In this document: in pieces, positions 57,932-64,000 of the stretch
How the letters are laid out: each line of letters starts with the position of its first letter
Position numbering within the stretch: the stretch's first letter is position 1
Assembly (NCBI GenBank): GCA_017453365.1
Contig: JAFTKH010000017.1
Location: 515-64,514, forward strand
Reading direction: 5' to 3'
Source of the DNA: Clostridia bacterium
Lineage (GTDB): Bacteria > Bacillota > Clostridia > Oscillospirales > CAG-272
DNA length: 64,000 bases
Notes under the pieces: generated by a model
The model's input: the letters and a program-made list of their open reading frames with translations, nothing else
Told to the model about the DNA's origin: nothing
The model's database searches: none
Made by a program: the position numbers and the translations under genes

Positions 57932-58022
57932 GCAGAGGTATCGAAGCGGTCATAACGGGGCTGACTCGAAATCAGTTTGTGGATAACACCACACGAGGGT
58001 TCGAATCCCTCCCTCTGCGCCA
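57932..58022 (+). tRNA. tRNA-Ser(CGA)
   Basis: Acceptor stem GCAGAGG/CCTCTGC-G-CCA, anticodon arm gctga-CT-CGA-AA-tcagt, long variable arm, GGTTCGAATCC T-arm. Confidence 0.95.
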
Positions 58023-58060
58023 AAAAATAAGGACATCCCTTGCGGGTGTCCTTATTTTTT
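58022..58060. terminator. Bidirectional terminator after the tRNA
   Basis: aaaaaataaggacatcc-cttgc-gggtgtccttatttttt. Confidence 0.8.
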
Positions 58061-58221
58061 GTCACAGGGAGCGGATTCTCACCCGGCGACGGAGTCGCAG
58101 GGTGCGCATACGCCGCGTAAAGCGCGTCGAGCTTGCTCGTAAGCGGCAAGCGAGCGTATCTTCGTCAACGACGAATACCCCTCTCAGCCCCTCCCGGAGT
58201 GTTCCTGTTTTTACCTTTTCA

Positions 58222-60189
58222 TTATTTAATTATCTCAACGCCCGTGATATTGTAGAGCGGAGAAAGACTGCCGCGCGTGGAGAGAGTTACGGTGTGCACG
58301 GTATAGGTGGCATTATACGTTTCGTCACTGTCGGAGACGAGAGTGCACGAAGTGTTCCCGTCGACGCTGCCGTAGGCATGCAGTGTGATGTTAAAGCAGG
58401 TATTGCGGTCGATATAGTTGACAGGTGACGCGACCGGAAGAAGAGTTCCACCTCTAACGAAAACGGGGATATGGGTGACTGTGACGTGATGCGTGCCGCC
58501 CTCGTATTTTTGGCCGGTGAAGAAATCGTACCACTCGCCGCTCGGGAGCCATACGTCGCGCTCCGACGTGCCCGAAATTATAGGGGCGACTATCATAGAA
58601 TCGCCGAAGAGGTACTCATTCTCGCAGGTCAGTGACTCCGGCTCTTCAGAAAAATCGCAGACAAGAGCGCGCACAGGCGGCTTACCCATCGTATGATACT
58701 CGTAAAAGGCCGAGAAGAGGTATGGCACGAGGGACATACGTGTGCGGAGCAGCTCTCTTACCTCATCTGTGCACCCGTGCTTTTTCCAAGGGAGCTCGCG
58801 GAGGTAACAGGCGTTTATCAGCGTCTCTGCGCTGAAGACGGCGGTCTCGATACGGCGGAGCATATCCTCACGGTTCTCCGCGTGACGCACCTCTGGCGCC
58901 CAGAGAAGTCCCGAGAAGCCCGAATTCACAACACCCAAAACGAAATCCTTATGGTTATAGAGGTCGGAATACAGGACGTACGGATAGGACGCGGCAAGAG
59001 AGCCAAGATTTCTTATCTGACCGAAGGTGCGTCGGGGGCCGAGAGAGGCGGTTACTGCCTGCGAATAAAGAGTGCCGAAGAGGGCGTGATACTGCTCGCC
59101 GTCAGCACCCGAGGGAAAGCTCGTATGGTCTGGGAAGCTCCAGCCTCCCGTATAATCTCCGCTATCACATTCGTCAAGCTTAAAGCTCGAGATGCCCATA
59201 TCTACGAAATTCGTCTTATGGTAGTCGGCGAGCGTCTTCCTCGCGCTCTCGAGCGCGTAGTCCGGAACGAGTCCGTTCCAGACTAGATAATTACCGCTCT
59301 TGTTCAGCATTTCACTAAAGAGGGGGGACGAGGGGTGGATGAAGCTCTGCTCCCAGAGGTTGACTCGGAAGCCATCTTTACGCAGCTTATCTACCATACC
59401 CTCGGGGTCGGGAAACTTCTCGGTATTCCAGACGAAGGATGAGGAATACGTACGCGTCTGCCAGCTCGGCTCGAGACCGAGGACGTCGCAGGGGATATCA
59501 CTCATACGAAGCTCACGCGCTATCGCGAGCACCTCGCTCTCGGAAAAGCGCATATCTGCGCGGTAGCAGCAGCCAAGCCCCCACATAGGCGGCATACAGC
59601 CGCCACCCGATAGCATATTGTACTGCGAGACGACGGAGAGGATATTCTCGCCCGTTATGTAATAGACGTCGACGCCCGAGGCTGTCGGGATATCGACGGT
59701 GACGACGTTATTCTCTCCCCCTTCCCTGACGGCGTAGAGGGCGTCGACGAAGGTCGAGCCGTCTGCATTAGCAATATCGGGGACGCTGCCGCCGCTTATA
59801 TTTACTTCGCCTGCTGTGGGTCGGAGCTCCCTGCCGCAGTAGAAGGTGGCGTACCTCGCCGTATCAACGTAGATACCGAAGCCCGCGTTAGTTACGAAGA
59901 ACGGGACGGGTGCGTGAGTGTCGCCCGTATCCTTAATGGGGTCGGAGTTAGGACGGATATATTTTTTCGTCCCCTTATGATTAAATCTCTTCAGCTGCAG
60001 GCCGAAGCCGTAAATTTCGATACTCGGGTCGACAGGGAGCGAGAGCTCAGAGCCGCGTCGCGTGCTCTTAAAGCTGAATTTATCTCCAAACAAAGCAGTC
60101 CCGTCGTAAACCTCGCACAGCGGATGCGGGGCAAATTTCGACGGGACTGTCTCCTCGGGTGTTCCGAAGCTAATCTTATATACGCTCAT
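58222..60189 (-). CDS. Glycoside hydrolase family 31
   Basis: HAPVPFF, PPMWGLG, IPCDV, W..EKFPDP, FKLDECD, RMSLVPYL, EYLFGDSMIVAP, HIPVFVRGG. Confidence 0.85.
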   Translation of the reverse strand: MSVYKISFGTPEETVPSKFAPHPLCEVYDGTALFGDKFSFKSTRRGSELSLPVDPSIEIYGFGLQLKRFNHKGTKKYIRPNSDPIKDTGDTHAPVPFFVTNAGFGIYVDTARYATFYCGRELRPTAGEVNISGGSVPDIANADGSTFVDALYAVREGGENNVVTVDIPTASGVDVYYITGENILSVVSQYNMLSGGGCMPPMWGLGCCYRADMRFSESEVLAIARELRMSDIPCDVLGLEPSWQTRTYSSSFVWNTEKFPDPEGMVDKLRKDGFRVNLWEQSFIHPSSPLFSEMLNKSGNYLVWNGLVPDYALESARKTLADYHKTNFVDMGISSFKLDECDSGDYTGGWSFPDHTSFPSGADGEQYHALFGTLYSQAVTASLGPRRTFGQIRNLGSLAASYPYVLYSDLYNHKDFVLGVVNSGFSGLLWAPEVRHAENREDMLRRIETAVFSAETLINACYLRELPWKKHGCTDEVRELLRTRMSLVPYLFSAFYEYHTMGKPPVRALVCDFSEEPESLTCENEYLFGDSMIVAPIISGTSERDVWLPSGEWYDFFTGQKYEGGTHHVTVTHIPVFVRGGTLLPVASPVNYIDRNTCFNITLHAYGSVDGNTSCTLVSDSDETYNATYTVHTVTLSTRGSLSPLYNITGVEIIK

Positions 60190-60302
60190 TTTCTTCACCT
60201 TCCGTAGGGTCATATTTTCCTTATGCTTATTGTATCACACGCACTCTTTACAAGTAAATTGACAAAGCTACGGAAAATATGGACAATCCTATCAGAGGTA
60301 CT

Positions 60303-61802
60303 CTACTTAACCGTTATGTTCTCGAGCGAAAGACCCTCGCAGCACTGAAGAAGAAGGGTCTGCGTGCGGCTCTCGCCGCTATCTATTGTTACGTTACGGA
60401 ATTTTACGTTCTTAATGAAGTGGCCGGGGATATCGAAGCCTGCGAGATTTATCGCCTCACAGGGCTCGTGGAGCCCGTTCTTACCGTACTTCTCGGCTCT
60501 GAGGGTGAGGTTCTCGAACACACAATCCTCGAAGACGGGGACGGTGGGTGCTCCCTCTCCGTCGTCGTTATAGCCTACGGAGTGCATAAGCACGCGTGCA
60601 AGGCTGCAATAGCTGACGTGAACGTCACGGACGTAGCCGCCGCGCTTCTTCGTAGCCTTTATCTCCACTCCGTAGAGGGAGTTAGCCATATCGCAATTCC
60701 AAATGCGGACGTCGGAAACGCCGCCCGACATCTCGCTACCGACGGTTATACCGTGGCCGAAGTGGCTGACACAGTCAAATACACGGATATGCTCTGTGGG
60801 GCGTGCTATGATATTGCCCTCGGGATTTTTTCCGGACTTAATCGCGACGGCATCGTCTCCTGTGAAAAACTCACAGTCGAAAAGCGTACAGTTAGTCGAC
60901 GAGTCGGGGTCCCAGCCGTCGCCGTTCCACACGTTTTCGGAGCGGAAGGTACAGCCGTGTGTCACTATATTATCCGAGTATATCATATGAACGTTCCAGC
61001 TCGCGCCGTGCATAATTCCGATGCCGGAGATAACGACGTCGCGCGCGCAGCTCATATTGATGAGGCGCGGACGGGGTCTGCCGGGGATTGTCATCGAGTT
61101 CTCGCACTCCTTCACCTTATCGCCGAGAGATTTTATGTAGTCGGCGAGCAGAACCCGCTCGACCTCGATTACGTTCTCCGCGAGAGTCCTGCCGCCGCCG
61201 TGCACGCAGCCCTCTCCCCATATTTTCACTCGCTCACAGGTACAACCGGCATTTCTGTCCAGCCTGCCGACGTTAAGGAGAGCGGCGTAGCACATCATCT
61301 CGATGCCCTCAAAGCGGCTCTTTATCTTCGGCTCATAGTCCTTCACACACTCTGTACCGTGGAGCACCGCTCCGCGCTCGAGGTAGAGCTCTGTATCAGA
61401 GTGCAAAAAGAGCGAGCCCGTCATAAAGTCGCCCTCGGGAAGATATACGTAGTCATCCTTCGTGCAGTCGTCGAGCGCGCGCTGAAGAGCTTTAGTATTA
61501 AGGGTGGCGCCGTCGCCTACGGCAAAATAGGGGGCAGCGGTGACGTCTATTCTATTTTTTTCTCTCTCGGTGGTACACTGCTTCGCGCCGACGAGCACCT
61601 CACGGCCGCTCTTGCTTCTCATAAACACGAAGACGCTGTATTTTGTATTGGGTACGAGGCCCGTCAGCTCGTAATGGCATTTATAGGTATCTGCAACCTC
61701 ACGGTCATCGACCTGTATTATGTAGCGCGAGCCGTCCTCGTATGCATCGGGGAGCTCCCAATAGAGCACAAGCTTTTCTCTGTAGGGTATACAATTTATC
61801 AT
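60303..61802 (-). CDS. GH28 (exo-)polygalacturonase with an N-terminal FN3 domain
   Basis: AVGDGATLNT.ALQ, NGDG.DP, GDDAVAIKSG, GHG, GSEMSGGV. Confidence 0.88.
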   Translation of the reverse strand: MINCIPYREKLVLYWELPDAYEDGSRYIIQVDDREVADTYKCHYELTGLVPNTKYSVFVFMRSKSGREVLVGAKQCTTEREKNRIDVTAAPYFAVGDGATLNTKALQRALDDCTKDDYVYLPEGDFMTGSLFLHSDTELYLERGAVLHGTECVKDYEPKIKSRFEGIEMMCYAALLNVGRLDRNAGCTCERVKIWGEGCVHGGGRTLAENVIEVERVLLADYIKSLGDKVKECENSMTIPGRPRPRLINMSCARDVVISGIGIMHGASWNVHMIYSDNIVTHGCTFRSENVWNGDGWDPDSSTNCTLFDCEFFTGDDAVAIKSGKNPEGNIIARPTEHIRVFDCVSHFGHGITVGSEMSGGVSDVRIWNCDMANSLYGVEIKATKKRGGYVRDVHVSYCSLARVLMHSVGYNDDGEGAPTVPVFEDCVFENLTLRAEKYGKNGLHEPCEAINLAGFDIPGHFIKNVKFRNVTIDSGESRTQTLLLQCCEGLSLENITVK

Positions 61803-62692
61803 TTTGAGTTATTTTCCTTTTTCTCTTTCATCTTACGCTTATAGTCAGAGGGAGATATTCCCATTTTGGCTATAAACGCTTTTCTAAAACTATCGTATCT
61901 GTTATAGTTCGACATTTCTGCTATTTTTGTCAGGGTATATTCATCACTCTCCATAAGGCGCGCCGCCTTTGTAATACGGATATCCGCAAGGCGCTCGGAG
62001 AAGCTCATATTGTAAGCGTTCTTCACTATTCTCTGTATATTTCGTGTGCTCATCTTCAGCTCCTCGGAGAGCGAGGCGAGCGTACAGTCGGGCAGACCCA
62101 TAAAGTCGTCTATGAGTATTGCAACGACAAGGTCGTTCGAAAGAGCAGTCGATTTATAAGAATAAAGCGGAACGCTATCGCCTGCGCGTCCTCGAGCGGA
62201 ACGCAGCATTTCTATAAAGAGCCCTTCGAGAAGATGCTTTATGAGCAGCGAGGCATAGAGAGGATTAGGCTCCGTTTCATTGATAAAATCCTCGCAAAAG
62301 CGCCCGAAGGTCTTATTTTTCAGAACGGTTACACGGGAAAGACCCGAGAGCAGCTTATCGAGTATAGGAAATACCTTATCTCCCCCTCTTGCCGTATCCT
62401 TCACCTGACGGCAGGTAAATCGGACGGTCATAGCGCAGACCTCTCCCTCTCCCGTCAGCTCAACGCTATGCTCCTTATGCGGCGGGACAAGTATCAGTGA
62501 ATTTTTCACTATTCTGTACCTCTCGCCGTCAGCGAAAACGTAGCCCGTCCCCTGCGAGAACGCAAAGAGCTCGTACTGAGAGTGGCTATGCGGTGTGGCA
62601 ACGTACGGCGCCTCTCTAAATCTGCCGTAGACAGAGGTTATACGGACGTCGTTCCAGACGAAATCCTTCTCATTCATCGCTCGCTTTTCCAC
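61799..62692 (-). CDS. AraC-family transcriptional regulator
   Basis: Cupin PHSH..YEL; C-terminal HTH KAARL...IAE...Y..F.KAF....G.SP.DY. Confidence 0.9.
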   Translation of the reverse strand: MEKRAMNEKDFVWNDVRITSVYGRFREAPYVATPHSHSQYELFAFSQGTGYVFADGERYRIVKNSLILVPPHKEHSVELTGEGEVCAMTVRFTCRQVKDTARGGDKVFPILDKLLSGLSRVTVLKNKTFGRFCEDFINETEPNPLYASLLIKHLLEGLFIEMLRSARGRAGDSVPLYSYKSTALSNDLVVAILIDDFMGLPDCTLASLSEELKMSTRNIQRIVKNAYNMSFSERLADIRITKAARLMESDEYTLTKIAEMSNYNRYDSFRKAFIAKMGISPSDYKRKMKEKKENNSK

Positions 62693-62881
62693 GTCGGTCC
62701 TCCAACACAGTTTTTATTTAATTATACAGTAAACCTCGAATAATGTCAATTAAGGGAGGGGCGTTTTTTTGTGTTTTAACTGTGACTATCACGACCAAAT
62801 ACTCCTAAAAAGTGGCGCAATAGTAAGTTGACCTATATATGAGTTGTAGGTTAAAATAAAATAAAAAAGGCAGGAGCAATT

Positions 62882-63973
62882 ATGAAAACACTTTTACTCG
62901 GCGACCTCTCGCCTACAGCGGATATCGAGCCGATATTCGAACGGCAGGATATGGAGGCTCTCTTTCGAGATACGCTCCCTCTATTTTCGGGAAACGATAT
63001 AAATTTCGTTAACGTTGAGTGCGCCATAACCGATTCGGACGCTGCAATAGAAAAATTCGGCCCGCCGCTCAAAACAGGCAGAAGCACTGCTTCGTGCTTA
63101 AAGAAGCTCGGTGTAAACGTCGCGGGACTCTCAAACAATCATATTTTCGACTACGGCTGCCGCGGCGCTCTCGATACTATGAAGGCGCTCACCGAGGAAG
63201 GTATAGAATTCACCGGCTTCGGTGAGAATTACGAGGATTCGCGCCGCGACTACATATTCGAGAAGGACGGGGAGAAGATAGCGATACTCGCCGTATGCGA
63301 GCACGAATATTCCTACGCTCTTGACAACAGAATGGGCGCGCGGCCCTTCGATGAGTTCGACACTGTCGTGGATATCAGAAAGGCAAGCGAGAGAGCCGAC
63401 AGAGTAATAGTAATCTATCACGGCGGCAAGGAGCATTGCAGATACCCTTCCCCAAGGCTCAGACGCGCCTGCCGCGCTATGGTAAAGGCGGGGGCTGACG
63501 TAGTTCTCTGCCAGCACAGCCACTGTATCGGCTGCTACGAGGAATACGAGGGCTCTCACATCCTCTACGGTCAGGGAAATTTCCATTTTGTGTACGTAAC
63601 GCGTGAAACGCAGCCGACGTGGAACGGCTCTCTCGCGGTGAGGTACGATACAAAGACACACGAGATAGAGTTCATTCCCATTGTCAACACAGACACGGGA
63701 ATAAGACTCGCTCTTGGCGAGGAAAAAGAAAGAATGATGTCGGAGTTCGAGGAACGCGGCCGCGAGCTCTCGGACGGGCGCTGGCTCGAGGGGTGGCGTG
63801 AGTTCTGCGAAAGATTTAAGAGACAGTATTACAATGCGACGCAGAGCGCCTGCGGAGTAGCTCCCGAGAATGTCGGGGGAACGCTTTTCGCTCATTATAT
63901 CGACTGTGAGGCTCACAGGGACGTATGGCAGGAGCTGTTCAAGACTGCAAATCACAAAAACGAGGTAGAATAA
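62882..63973 (+). CDS. CapA/PGA_cap-family metallophosphoesterase
   Basis: GD, NVEC, LSNNHIFDYG, YHGGKE, QHSHCIG, YGQGNF. Confidence 0.85.
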   Translation: MKTLLLGDLSPTADIEPIFERQDMEALFRDTLPLFSGNDINFVNVECAITDSDAAIEKFGPPLKTGRSTASCLKKLGVNVAGLSNNHIFDYGCRGALDTMKALTEEGIEFTGFGENYEDSRRDYIFEKDGEKIAILAVCEHEYSYALDNRMGARPFDEFDTVVDIRKASERADRVIVIYHGGKEHCRYPSPRLRRACRAMVKAGADVVLCQHSHCIGCYEEYEGSHILYGQGNFHFVYVTRETQPTWNGSLAVRYDTKTHEIEFIPIVNTDTGIRLALGEEKERMMSEFEERGRELSDGRWLEGWREFCERFKRQYYNATQSACGVAPENVGGTLFAHYIDCEAHRDVWQELFKTANHKNEVE

Positions 63974-64000
63974 TGGATATATCAAGGTTTATTGCAAACG
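63973..64000 (+). CDS. Start of a downstream ORF truncated by the window edge
   Basis: TAATG stop/start overlap with the CapA gene and GAGG RBS; MDISRFIAN... Confidence 0.4.

Noticed and set aside
57925-58428. ORFs overlapping the tRNA and its terminator
   Set aside because: Spurious frames over RNA features and the end of the GH31 gene.
57932-64000. tRNA-anchored genomic island or prophage
   Set aside because: No integrase, no duplicated tRNA 3' end and no phage genes within the window.

Overview
64 kb of chromosome from an anaerobic Clostridia-like (Oscillospiraceae/Ruminococcaceae-type) bacterium, with sigma-A-type promoters and AGGAG ribosome-binding sites. Bases 1-44 kb are mostly housekeeping and metabolic genes: gpmI, an orphan type II topoisomerase B subunit, a 10-gene electron-bifurcating [FeFe]-hydrogenase cluster with sensory genes, ligA, proS, potABCD, AlaX, two RluA enzymes and an FTR/Trx pair. 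Bases 44-64 kb look accessory: large secreted enzymes, DeoR and AraC regulators, tRNA-Ser(CGA), GH31, GH28 and CapA. Two observations stand out. (1) Two tiny peptide genes absent from the ORF track (51264-51377 and 50892-51056, minus strand, each with a strong RBS) share a lasso/RRE-type leader, KKxYExP-x10-DVITTSG. They lie in an apparent operon between two giant secreted proteins, and one peptide ends in the same WDLPWD motif as the 1.75-kaa protein upstream. (2) A 1.6-kaa adhesin-like membrane protein carries a ribosomal protein uL15 C-terminal domain in its cytoplasmic tail. All calls come from reading motifs by eye; no database searches were run.
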